Assembly (NCBI GenBank): GCA_022709865.1
Contig: JAKLIA010000003.1
Location: forward strand, 21,547 to 85,546
Length of the DNA: 64,000 nt
Direction of reading: 5' to 3'
Origin: Patescibacteria group bacterium
GTDB lineage: Bacteria > Patescibacteriota > Minisyncoccia > Portnoybacterales > GWB1-42-6
Part shown: positions 1 through 7,801 of the stretch, in pieces
How positions within the stretch are numbered: position 1 is the stretch's first letter
How the letters are laid out: each line of letters begins with the position of its first letter
Position numbers and translations under genes: made by a program
The notes under the pieces: model-generated
Told to the model about the DNA's origin: nothing
Databases searched by the model: none
The model's input: only the letters and a program-made list of their open reading frames with translations

Positions 1-191
1 GATTCGTGGAAATGTCCTCGGACGAAGAAGCTCAAAAGGCGATCGAACAATTCAATGGTGTTGAATTTGAAGGCCGCAAGTTGACTGTGAACGAAGCTCG
101 CCCGATGGAACCACGCGCTCCGCGACAAGGCGGATTTGGTGGCGGAAACCGCGGCGGATTTGGTGGCGGTCAGCGCAGAAACAACTGGTAA
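1..191 (+). CDS. RNA-binding protein with RRM domain, C-terminal part (5' end lies outside the window); glycine-rich RGG/GGF tail
   Basis: In-frame translation from position 3 gives FVEM (the end of an RNP-1 motif), then ...[11 protein letters not shown]... and a [14 protein letters not shown] tail, with the stop codon at 189-191. Confidence 0.7.
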   Translation, partial: FVEMSSDEEAQKAIEQFNGVEFEGRKLTVNEARPMEPRAPRQGGFGGGNRGGFGGGQRRNNW

Positions 192-215
192 TCTCTACTA
201 GTTAAAATACTGACA

Positions 216-245
216 AAAACTCCCCTTACGGGGAGTTTTTGTTTT
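216..245 (+). terminator. Rho-independent terminator (AAAAACTCCCCTTACGGGGAGTTTTTGTTTT)
   Basis: GC-rich hairpin followed by a T-run, directly after the RRM gene stop. Confidence 0.6.
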
Positions 246-371
246 GCCCCTCACTTGAAAAGGAAAATGAGCGAAGCTCATAATTTTCAAGTAAAAAAGG
301 GTTTGCTAGCGCAGATAGTTAGTTTAAGTATTATTCATCACGATATCTAAGATTCCTTTTCAAGTGAGGGG

Positions 372-433
372 TTGCCGATTGCCGATAGAATTGCCGATAG
401 AAATATCTGTTGCCGATAGAATTGCCGATAAGA
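372..433. repeat. Tandem cluster of the 12-mer TTGCCGATAGAA (three perfect copies at 379-390, 391-402 and 410-421, plus degenerate copies TTGCCGATT and TTGCCGATAAG)
   Basis: Direct reading of the sequence. The same 13-mer TTGCCGATAGAAT recurs at 3208-3220 and 47506-47518. Confidence 0.55.
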
Positions 434-436
434 TTT

Positions 437-1312
437 TTATTGCTTTTTCTTTGCCGATTTAACGATATTTTGGATATAATCGGCAATACGATGTTTAGCT
501 TGCCAGCCAATAGCTTGTGATTTGGTAGCGTCAAGCCGGGCGTCCATGCGGTTTCCTTGGCGTTCCGGAGTCATTTTAATAGGCGCATTAAACATTTGGG
601 CAATCTCAAGGACAGAATAAGATTCATTAGCGCCTAAGCCAAACTCATCACCTTCTCCTTTTTCGCCAATCAATAATAGGCCGTCTACTATATCGTCAAC
701 ATGAGTAAAAATGCGCTTTTGGGTTCCCGGAGAGGTCACAGTTAAGGGCTGCCCAGCTAAGTATTTTTGGCGGAATATCTCTATTAGGGAGCCGTATTTG
801 CCGCTACGTTCACGTGGCCCATAAACATTATAAAAATACGCAATAGCATAAGGAAGATTATACCAATCTCCGTAGTTTCTAATTAATTCAGTATGGGTTG
901 CCTTACTGAAGGCATAAGGACTTTGATCTCTTCCTAACCCGCCGTCGGAAAACTTGGTAGAAGAACCAGCATAAATAAGGCGAATATTTCTTTGCCGGCA
1001 ATATTCAGCTACAGCAAATGTTCCGGCAATGTTCAAATCCCAGACCAGATCAGGTTCGCCAACGCTTTGTTCCACGCGTGAATATTCGCCAAGATGATAA
1101 ACTAGATCCGGCTTTTCTGGAATACGTGAAACAATATCTTTGGTGTGGCCTTGGCGATATTCAACGCCGGGAATATGATTCTCTTTCAGACCCGTAAAAT
1201 AGTTATCTAAGGAAATAACTTTATGGCCTTGCTTGGCTAGTCTGGCGCACAAATTAGAGCCGATAAAACCGGCTCCGCCGGTAACTAAAATAAGTTTAGT
1301 TTTCTTTGGCAT
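437..1312 (-). CDS. NAD-dependent epimerase/dehydratase (UDP-sugar 4-epimerase/decarboxylase-like), 291 aa
   Basis: N-terminal Rossmann motif LVTGGAGFIGSNL and a YxxxK-type region (YAFSKA). The 437-1420 ORF in the track runs into tRNA-Ser; the true start is the MPKKTKL codon at 1312. Confidence 0.8.
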   Translation of the reverse strand: MPKKTKLILVTGGAGFIGSNLCARLAKQGHKVISLDNYFTGLKENHIPGVEYRQGHTKDIVSRIPEKPDLVYHLGEYSRVEQSVGEPDLVWDLNIAGTFAVAEYCRQRNIRLIYAGSSTKFSDGGLGRDQSPYAFSKATHTELIRNYGDWYNLPYAIAYFYNVYGPRERSGKYGSLIEIFRQKYLAGQPLTVTSPGTQKRIFTHVDDIVDGLLLIGEKGEGDEFGLGANESYSVLEIAQMFNAPIKMTPERQGNRMDARLDATKSQAIGWQAKHRIADYIQNIVKSAKKKQ

Positions 1313-1339
1313 AACAAAATAGATTATTCCGATAGAAAG

Positions 1340-1426
1340 CGGAGGGTAGAGGATTTGAACCTCTGAAAGGATTGCTCCTTTACCGCATTTCGAGTGCGGC
1401 GCCTTCGGCCACTCAGCCAACCCTCC
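1340..1426 (-). tRNA. tRNA-Ser (anticodon CGA), type II with long variable arm, no encoded CCA
   Basis: Manual fold: acceptor GGAGGGT/ACCCTCC; anticodon stem CCGCA/TGCGG with loop CTCGAAA; variable arm TAAAGGAGCAATCCTTTC; T-arm AGAGG-TTCAAAT-CCTCT. Confidence 0.8.
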
Positions 1427-1588
1427 GCTTTCTTAAGAATCAAAATTAAGGTATATAATGTTTCATGTGAAAAATATTTTTTAAGTTTCACACGAAACAA
1501 TTATTAAAATAATCTTAACAAAAAAATTAGTTTTGTTCAAATTAAAAATCTATTTCGCAACAACGAAATAGATTTTTAATTGGGCTTG

Positions 1589-1764
1589 CCCTGAGAGAGC
1601 AAAGCGAATCGAAGGGTGGACCCGGCGGGAATTGGCCGCGGCTCTCGGCTCGCCGCCGCTCGCCTCGGCCTGGCCACCGCCTCATGATTTTCTCTGATGA
1701 TAAAATCACTCCGGCGTTCGATTCCTAGCGCAAGCCAAAAAATTGGCTTGCTTGTCATTTTTTA
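1589..1764 (-). repeat. tRNA-3'-trailer-associated conserved element, copy A (downstream of tRNA-Ala-GGC). It contains hairpin GCAAGCC-N8-GGCTTGC (1730-1751), a ~92-bp GC-rich core (1633-1724) and a 21-bp direct repeat of the tRNA-Ala 3' end (1612-1632 = 1765-1785).
   Basis: The core is nearly identical to 2084-2175 and diverged but homologous to the reverse complement of 61245-61334. The repeat AAGGGTGGACCCGGCGGGAAT is exact. Confidence 0.55.
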
Positions 1765-1767
1765 AAG

Positions 1768-1840
1768 GGTGGACCCGGCGGGAATCGAACCCGCTACTCT
1801 TCCATGCCATGGAAGCATGTTACCGGTATACCACGGGCCC
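1768..1840 (-). tRNA. tRNA-Ala (anticodon GGC), G3:U70 identity pair present, no full CCA
   Basis: Acceptor GGGCCCG/CGGGTCC with a G3-U70 wobble; anticodon stem CTTCC/GGAAG with loop ATGGCAT; T-arm GCGGG-TTCGATT-CCCGC. Confidence 0.75.
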
Positions 1841-2042
1841 CCTATTTCATAATTTCTCAAGAAATTATGAGCGGACCGTTCAAAAATAGCAAAACAATTT
1901 TTGAATAGGCCTTATTCACCGATTCATTCTATAAAAAAATATTCATTCAGTCAATTGCAAAAATGTTTTATTTTTAAAAAAGTTTCGCGTGGAACTATAA
2001 AAAAATAAAAAACCCGCTGCAGCGGAATCTTTTATGGGTTTA

Positions 2043-2212
2043 CCCTGAGGAGCGTAGCGACGATGGGTGCCCCCGGAGAGAATTGGCCGCGGCTCTCGGC
2101 TCGCCGCCGCTCGCCTCGGCCTGGCCACCGCCTCATGATTTTCTCTGATGATAAAATCACTCCGGCGTTCGATTCTTGGCGCGAGCCAAGCAGTTGGCTC
2201 GCCATTATAATA
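2043..2212 (-). repeat. tRNA-3'-trailer-associated conserved element, copy B (downstream of tRNA-Arg-CCT). It contains hairpin GCGAGCC-N8-GGCTCGC (2181-2202), the core (2084-2175) and an 18-19 bp direct repeat of the tRNA-Arg 3' end (2067-2085 = 2213-2231).
   Basis: The core is ~100% identical to copy A over ~92 bp. The flanking repeat matches the 3' end of tRNA-Arg, not that of tRNA-Ala. Confidence 0.55.
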
Positions 2213-2213
2213 G

Positions 2214-2285
2214 TGCCCCCGGAGAGAATTGAACTCCCATTTCCTCCTTAGGACGGAGTAGCTCTATCCGTTGAGCTACGGGGGC
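2214..2285 (-). tRNA. tRNA-Arg (anticodon CCT), no encoded CCA
   Basis: Acceptor GCCCCCG/CGGGGGC; D-arm GCTC-AACGGATA-GAGC; anticodon loop GTCCTAA; T-arm GGGAG-TTCAATT-CTCTC. Confidence 0.75.
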
Positions 2286-2375
2286 TGGTGTTTTTTATGA
2301 TAACATTTTTTATTGATGAAAAATAGTAATTTTAAATAAAAAGAAGTTTCGGCTTGGCCGAAACTTCTGGTGTGC

Positions 2376-2705
2376 TTACTCTGCGATGATCTCTTTGAGA
2401 GAAAGAATCTCTTGGTGGCAGCTTTTAATAATTCGCTCGATAACACCGCGGTTTTTGACAGAAATATCGGACATAAGAAGCGCTAGCGATACGAACATTC
2501 GTATATGCTCAGTAGTCTTAAACATCCTGTCTTTGTCTGTATAATTTCCTTCCACGGAATCGATCAAGATGGGTTTTAGTTTTTTTGCACAGTTTAATAC
2601 TAATCCGTAAGACTCTTCTAGCGATTTTTCCGAACAAAGCCCCTCAAGGTCTTCTATGGCACTTTTTAAAAGCGGAAGCCCTAGTTTCTTCTCGTTTTTT
2701 GTCAT
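2376..2705 (-). CDS. Hypothetical 109-aa protein, possible HEPN-like fold (R-x5-H near the C-terminus)
   Basis: ORF with a downstream bidirectional hairpin terminator (2345-2366). The motif RIIKSCH sits ~15 aa from the C-terminus. No nucleotidyltransferase partner is adjacent. Confidence 0.45.
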   Translation of the reverse strand: MTKNEKKLGLPLLKSAIEDLEGLCSEKSLEESYGLVLNCAKKLKPILIDSVEGNYTDKDRMFKTTEHIRMFVSLALLMSDISVKNRGVIERIIKSCHQEILSLKEIIAE

Positions 2706-2786
2706 TATACCCTCCTTCAGAGTAATGTATTTTTAGAGAACAATGAACAATTATATTATTGCATTTTTTCTATCGTTTGTCAATAT

Positions 2787-2862
2787 TGGGGTGGTCGATG
2801 GGATTCGAACCCACAACCGCTCGGACCACAACCGAGAGCTCTGCCGTTGAGCTACGACCACC
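2787..2862 (-). tRNA. tRNA-His (anticodon GTG) with the extra G-1:C73 pair and an encoded CCA
   Basis: G-1 plus GTGGTCG/CGACCAC acceptor; anticodon stem CTCGG/CCGAG with loop TTGTGGT; T-arm GTGGG-TTCGAAT-CCCAT; the 3' end reads CCCA. Confidence 0.85.
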
Positions 2863-2909
2863 ATAACCTAAACATTTTAACATTTTTTAACAGAAAATCA
2901 AGCAGGTTT

Positions 2910-3419
2910 TTAAAGAGTATCGGTAATTTTTAATTGAAGCAGGTCTGTAGCTGTGTCGTAAACTGCGAAAGAGGAGCGGAAGATCTCGCCACTTAAATTG
3001 CCCGGGTTTATTAATCGGCAATCGTTGATTTTCTCTTCCCAGGGTTTATGGGTGTGGCCGTAGAATACCAAATTAAAATGGTTAGTTTGCGCCAGCTCCT
3101 TTGCTTTTTCGGGAAAATGAGTAAAGGCAATTTTTTTGCCGCCAATTTCAACTTGGCCGGTTTGGTCATAGAAAATAAGGTTGGCCAATTCTTTATTTTT
3201 GGCTAAATTGCCGATAGAATCTCCGTCCGTATCCATGTTGCCGATAACCAAATGAAGCTTGATTTGGGGTAGGGCTAAACTCATTTCTTTGGCAAAATCA
3301 GCCCATCCGATATCGCCGCAATGGATTATTTTCTGGATATTATTTTGTTTGGCCCAGGCGGCAAACTTGGCGAAAGCCGCGCTGTTGCCGTGGGTGTCGG
3401 AGATGATAGCAATGAGCAT
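2910..3419 (-). CDS. Metallophosphoesterase (YfcE/MJ0936 family), 169 aa
   Basis: Motifs ISDTHGN, CGDIG and FYGHTHKP are typical of the calcineurin-like phosphoesterase superfamily. Confidence 0.8.
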   Translation of the reverse strand: MLIAIISDTHGNSAAFAKFAAWAKQNNIQKIIHCGDIGWADFAKEMSLALPQIKLHLVIGNMDTDGDSIGNLAKNKELANLIFYDQTGQVEIGGKKIAFTHFPEKAKELAQTNHFNLVFYGHTHKPWEEKINDCRLINPGNLSGEIFRSSFAVYDTATDLLQLKITDTL

Positions 3420-3648
3420 GATTTTTTAAACTATATAATTATTTTACCATTAGAATCTTTTATAAGCGATAACTTTATTCTCTAAGCCATTTTCAAAGCC
3501 AGAAAAATAGGATAATATATAGGAGATTCATCTCTTATATTTTGACGTTATTCGGATGATATGCTTGCTCGCCTTGCTTTGTGAGTCGAAGCTAGCTGGC
3601 GCACCGTCCTCATTAGTCAAAATTAAGGCAAAAATAAATAACTAACCT

Positions 3649-3721
3649 GCGCCCGTAGCTCAATGGATAGAGTACTTGGCTTCGAACCAAGGGGCTGGGG
3701 GTTCGAATCCCTCCGGGCGCA
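3649..3721 (+). tRNA. tRNA-Arg (anticodon TCG), no CCA
   Basis: Acceptor GCGCCCG/CGGGCGC; D-arm GCTC-AATGGATA-GAGT; anticodon stem CTTGG/CCAAG with loop CTTCGAA; T-arm GGGGG-TTCGAAT-CCCTC. Confidence 0.8.
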
Positions 3722-3733
3722 CACTGTTTATAT

Positions 3734-4378
3734 ATGGAAGGCTTTATAAAAAAGGTTGAGCAAGTTGCCAAACAAAGATTCCAGGGAAACTCTTCTTGCC
3801 ATGACTGGGATCATGTTATCAGGGTCAGGTCTTTAGCCTTAGCCATTGGCAAAAAAGAAAAGGCTAACCTTAAAACTGTTGAAACAGCTGCCTTGCTCCA
3901 TGATATTATGCGGGCCGAAGAAGCTAGAAAAAAGGGAAAGATTTGCCATGCGTTAGCCGGTGCTCAGGAGGCGGAAAAAATACTTCTCAAGCTAGGAGAA
4001 GAGGAAAGTTTTATAAAAGCGGTTAAACATTGCATTGAGGCGCATCGGTACCGGAATAGCCATCAACCCCGATCCATTGAAGCAAAAGTATTGTCCGATG
4101 CCGATAAATTAGACGCTTTGGGCGCTATCGGCGTGGGTCGGGGTTTTATGTGGTGCGGCCATCATGGATTGAACCTGCATAATACCGACCCGAAAATCAT
4201 TAGCCAAAATAATCCGTATGATAAAAAGCATTGCCTTTATGCGGAATACCATATCAAGCTGAAGTTTCTTAAGGATAGAATGTTCACTAGGACGGGCAAA
4301 AAAATAGCGAAAGAACGCAGCGCTTTTATGGCGGAGTTCTTGAAGCGTTTAGACAGTGAGGTTAAAGGAAAATTATGA
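3734..4378 (+). CDS. HD-domain phosphohydrolase, 214 aa
   Basis: H..HD motif (WDHVIRV ... LLHDI) and a second His/Asp cluster characteristic of the HD superfamily. Confidence 0.75.
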   Translation: MEGFIKKVEQVAKQRFQGNSSCHDWDHVIRVRSLALAIGKKEKANLKTVETAALLHDIMRAEEARKKGKICHALAGAQEAEKILLKLGEEESFIKAVKHCIEAHRYRNSHQPRSIEAKVLSDADKLDALGAIGVGRGFMWCGHHGLNLHNTDPKIISQNNPYDKKHCLYAEYHIKLKFLKDRMFTRTGKKIAKERSAFMAEFLKRLDSEVKGKL

Positions 4379-5835
4379 TAATTCCCAGCGAAGTAAAAAA
4401 TATTTTAACTGAATTGCAGAAAGCGGGATTTGAAGCGTTCGCAGTTGGCGGCTGCGTGCGCGATTTGATGCTAGGCAGAAAGCCCAAGGATTGGGATGTG
4501 GCTACCAACGCAACACCCGAGCAGGTGCAAAAAATATTTCCGGCCAGTTTTTATGAAAATAAGTTTGGCACGGTGAGCGTAAAAACCGATTCAGCTAAAG
4601 ATAATTTAAAGATCATAGAGATAACAACTTATCGGGTGGATGCCCCCTATTCGGATAAGCGCCACCCCGACGAAGTCAGTTTCACGCCGAACTTAAAAGA
4701 AGATTTGGCGCGGCGCGATTTCACTATTAATGCCTTAGCTTTGGGCCTGGATAAAAAAATTATAGACCCGTTTGGCGGGCAAGAAGATTTGGCAAAAGGA
4801 TTGATTCGCGCTGTTGGTGAGGCGGAAAAGAGATTCAATGAAGATGCCTTGCGCATGCTGCGGGCTGTCCGTTTTTTTGTGGAACTTGTTTCACCGAGCT
4901 CCGTGAAACAAAGTTTCTCGATCGAAAAGAAAACCCAAGAGGCGATAAAGAAAAACGCTTTGTGGCTCCAGGCAATCGCCAAAGAAAGGATTCGCGATGA
5001 GTTTGAAAAAATAATAATGAGCGAATCTCCTAGCGAAGGAGTTTTATTGCTGCACGAACTTGGGCTGCTTCAATATATTATTCCGGAATTAGAAAAAGGC
5101 TGGGGCGTGGCGCAAAATAAACACCATATATATTCTATTTTTGAACACGGAATATTTTCTTTAAAGTTTGCCGCGCAAAAAAAATATAATTTGGTGGTGC
5201 GCCTAGCGGCGCTGTTGCATGACGTTGCTAAACCCCAGGCCAAGAGGGGAGAGGGGCCGGAAGCAACTTTTTATAACCACGACATTATGGGCGCTCGGGC
5301 AGCGGCGCGGATTTTGGAGAGACTACATTTTAGCAATGAAATTATTGAACGCGTAGCAAATATAATCCGCCATCATATGTTCGTTTATGATGTTGGTGCG
5401 GTGACAGCCGCGGCAGTGCGGCGGCTCTTGGTGCGGGTGGGGCCGGAAAATATTGACGATTTGATCGCTTTGCGCGTGGCGGACAGATTAGGTTCGGGCG
5501 TGCCCAAGGCCCAGCCGTATCGCTTGCGGCACTTTCAATATATGGTAGAGCGGGTGCAGAGCGACCCGATATCCGTGAAGATGTTAAAGATCAATGGCCA
5601 TGATTTAATGTCTACTTTGCAAATTAAGCCCGGCCCGAAAATCGGTGCGATATTAGATGTGCTGTTGGCAGAAGTAATAGAAGAGCCAACTAAAAATACT
5701 AAAGAAAAATTATCGGCTCGCGCCGGAGAATTAGATAAAGAAGATTTGGCGCAATTGCGCCAAATGGCTAAGGCGCGCATCGAAGAAGAAAAAGAGGAAG
5801 AAGACAAAATAATCAAAGGGAGATATTGGGTATAG
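4375..5835 (+). CDS. cca: CCA-adding tRNA nucleotidyltransferase / poly(A) polymerase family with a C-terminal HD domain
   Basis: GGCVRDLMLGRKPKDWDVAT and RRDFTINALA nucleotidyltransferase motifs. The start ATGA overlaps the upstream stop. Consistent with most tRNAs here lacking an encoded CCA. Confidence 0.8.
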   Translation: MIIPSEVKNILTELQKAGFEAFAVGGCVRDLMLGRKPKDWDVATNATPEQVQKIFPASFYENKFGTVSVKTDSAKDNLKIIEITTYRVDAPYSDKRHPDEVSFTPNLKEDLARRDFTINALALGLDKKIIDPFGGQEDLAKGLIRAVGEAEKRFNEDALRMLRAVRFFVELVSPSSVKQSFSIEKKTQEAIKKNALWLQAIAKERIRDEFEKIIMSESPSEGVLLLHELGLLQYIIPELEKGWGVAQNKHHIYSIFEHGIFSLKFAAQKKYNLVVRLAALLHDVAKPQAKRGEGPEATFYNHDIMGARAAARILERLHFSNEIIERVANIIRHHMFVYDVGAVTAAAVRRLLVRVGPENIDDLIALRVADRLGSGVPKAQPYRLRHFQYMVERVQSDPISVKMLKINGHDLMSTLQIKPGPKIGAILDVLLAEVIEEPTKNTKEKLSARAGELDKEDLAQLRQMAKARIEEEKEEEDKIIKGRYWV

Positions 5836-5877
5836 AAAGTTGTTAACTATAATCTAAAAATAAGCTATAATCTAAAT

Positions 5878-7800
5878 ATGGATTTAGGTGATTTAAAGAA
5901 ACAACTTTTTAAAAAAGAAGGACAGTTTGCCGGGCGGCCAACTTTGCCCGAAGACCTGGAGCCGGGGAATGCCGCGCCGCAAATAGCTACCCAAGACCAA
6001 TGGAACAGCGAACAAGGCCAGGGAGTTTTTTTGTCTCCAAAAAGAAAAAGGATCATTTGGTTTTCTTTGGCCGGCGCGGGCTTTCTAGCGCTGGTTTTTG
6101 GTGGTTGGCTTCTGTGGCGCACTTTAACTTCGTTTGATTCTAGCGGTGTGTCGCTGGATATTTTCGGCCAAGAGCGGGTGGTAAGCGGCGAAGAGATAAC
6201 CTTTGTGGTCCGATACAAAAATAATTCCCGGGTAGCTATTAGCAATGCCACTTTGCTTTTTTATTTTTCTTCCCAATCTTCGCCAACTGATAAAGACAAT
6301 GTTGCCCTGCAAGGGGATTCATACGTAGCCACAAAAAACTTGGGCCAATTAACTTCTGGCCAGGAGGGTCAGGCGGAGTTCAAGGTTAGGGTGCTGGGAG
6401 ATAAAGACAGCCAGCAAAAGTTTAAAGCAAAATTAAATTATCGCCCGTCGAATGTTAACTCTGACTTTAGTAATGAAAAAGAGTTTGTTAGCACGATAAT
6501 TTCCGTGCCGTTGGTTTTGAGCTTTATTTTGCCGGAAAAGATCGTTTCCGGGCAAACTATGAACTTTTCTTTGCGGTATCTGAATACTTCTGATGCTTCT
6601 TTCAGCGATGCCAAATTAAAGATCGAATATCCGGAAGGATTTATTTTTGATAGCGCTTTGCCTTCGCCGGATTCCAGTTCTTCTTTATCGCCGGAATTAA
6701 GCAACACTTGGAGCTTGCCGGAAATTGGCAGCCGGGAAGAGGGGAACATTGTTATAAAAGGAATACTTTCTGGCACAGAAGGGGATTCAAAAGTTTTTAA
6801 AGCGCAAATTGGTTCGCAAAAAGAGAAGGAAGATTTTATTGTTTATTCCCAAACTTTAAGCGCTCTGCAAGTTTCTTCGTCGCCGTTATTTATTGAGCAA
6901 TCTTTATCTGGCGCAGAAGGCAATAATGCCAATATTGGCCAGGGGTTGACCTATAAAATAAAATATCGCAACACCACAAGCGTGGCGATCGGTCCGGTCT
7001 TTATAACGGTTAAAATTGATAGCCGGGTTGTGGACTTGGCCAGCGTTAAGGCGACTGACGGTTTTTTTAGCAGCTCCGACGGCTTGATAACTTGGAACAG
7101 CTCTTCTTTGTCGGCGCTGGAATCTTTGGCTCCCAAGACCGAAGGAGCCCTGGAGTTTTCTTTGCAAGTAAAAGACCGCTTGCCGGTGAGCACTTTTTCT
7201 GACAAAAACTTTATCATAACGACAACCGCTAAAATAGATTCTTTTAATGTGCCTTTGGCTTTGAGCGGCACGCAGCTTAGCGGACAAAATCAGCTGCTCG
7301 TTAAAATTAACTCGCCATTGGTTATAAACATGAAGGGTTTTTATAACGATAAAATAATTCCTAACTCCGGCCCTTTGCCGCCGCGGGTTGGACAAAAAAC
7401 GACCTATACTATATATTGGCAAGCGTTGAACGTTTCTAATGATTTATCAAACGTGGCCGTGGAAGCTTATTTGCCTTCTTACGTAAGTTGGGAGGGGAAT
7501 ATTTATCCTAAGGACGAGGATATAAAATATGACGCGGCTAGCGGAAAAATCGTTTGGCAGATCGGCCGGCTTTCAGCTGGAACTGGGATACTTTCGCCGG
7601 TGAGGCAAGCAGTTTTCCAAGTTGGCTTTACTCCGTCTATCGGGCAAGTGGGCAATGAGGCAATAATCGTTAAATCAGCCCAGATTTCCGGCCAAGATAA
7701 TTTTACCAATGTCCAATTATCAGCGAGCGACGAAGAGCTAAAAAGCGGCATGCCGGACGATCCGGTAGTAATAGACTCTAAATCCAGGGTAACCCAATAA
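5878..7800 (+). CDS. Hypothetical membrane-anchored surface protein, 640 aa, with repeated beta-sandwich (DUF11/CARDB-like) modules
   Basis: A single N-terminal TM helix (IIWFSLAGAGFLALVFGGWLLW) is followed by repetitive Ser/Thr/Asn-rich segments. Confidence 0.6.
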   Translation: MDLGDLKKQLFKKEGQFAGRPTLPEDLEPGNAAPQIATQDQWNSEQGQGVFLSPKRKRIIWFSLAGAGFLALVFGGWLLWRTLTSFDSSGVSLDIFGQERVVSGEEITFVVRYKNNSRVAISNATLLFYFSSQSSPTDKDNVALQGDSYVATKNLGQLTSGQEGQAEFKVRVLGDKDSQQKFKAKLNYRPSNVNSDFSNEKEFVSTIISVPLVLSFILPEKIVSGQTMNFSLRYLNTSDASFSDAKLKIEYPEGFIFDSALPSPDSSSSLSPELSNTWSLPEIGSREEGNIVIKGILSGTEGDSKVFKAQIGSQKEKEDFIVYSQTLSALQVSSSPLFIEQSLSGAEGNNANIGQGLTYKIKYRNTTSVAIGPVFITVKIDSRVVDLASVKATDGFFSSSDGLITWNSSSLSALESLAPKTEGALEFSLQVKDRLPVSTFSDKNFIITTTAKIDSFNVPLALSGTQLSGQNQLLVKINSPLVINMKGFYNDKIIPNSGPLPPRVGQKTTYTIYWQALNVSNDLSNVAVEAYLPSYVSWEGNIYPKDEDIKYDAASGKIVWQIGRLSAGTGILSPVRQAVFQVGFTPSIGQVGNEAIIVKSAQISGQDNFTNVQLSASDEELKSGMPDDPVVIDSKSRVTQ

Positions 7801-7801
7801 A

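Noticed and set aside
331-534. 67-aa minus-strand ORF overlapping the epimerase 3' end.
   Set aside because: It lies in an alternative frame over the TTGCCGATAGAA repeat cluster and the epimerase C-terminus, with no ribosome-binding site. It is a reading-frame artefact.
437-1420. The ORF track extends the epimerase ORF to 1420, overlapping tRNA-Ser.
   Set aside because: The extension MAEWPKAPHSKCGKG... is the antisense reading of the tRNA-Ser gene. The conserved Rossmann N-terminus begins at MPKKTKL (1312).
1681-1712. C/D-box-like motifs (UGAUGA and CUGA) inside the element core.
   Set aside because: C/D snoRNAs are not bacterial. The motifs fall within the covarying hairpin and are more simply explained by the stem sequence.
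1576-2251. Small ORFs (1576-1758, 1943-2128, 2063-2251) inside the tRNA-associated elements.
   Set aside because: They run through tRNA genes and GC-rich repeats, lack ribosome-binding sites, and their frames are not consistently preserved in copy C. They are treated as noncoding (see findings).
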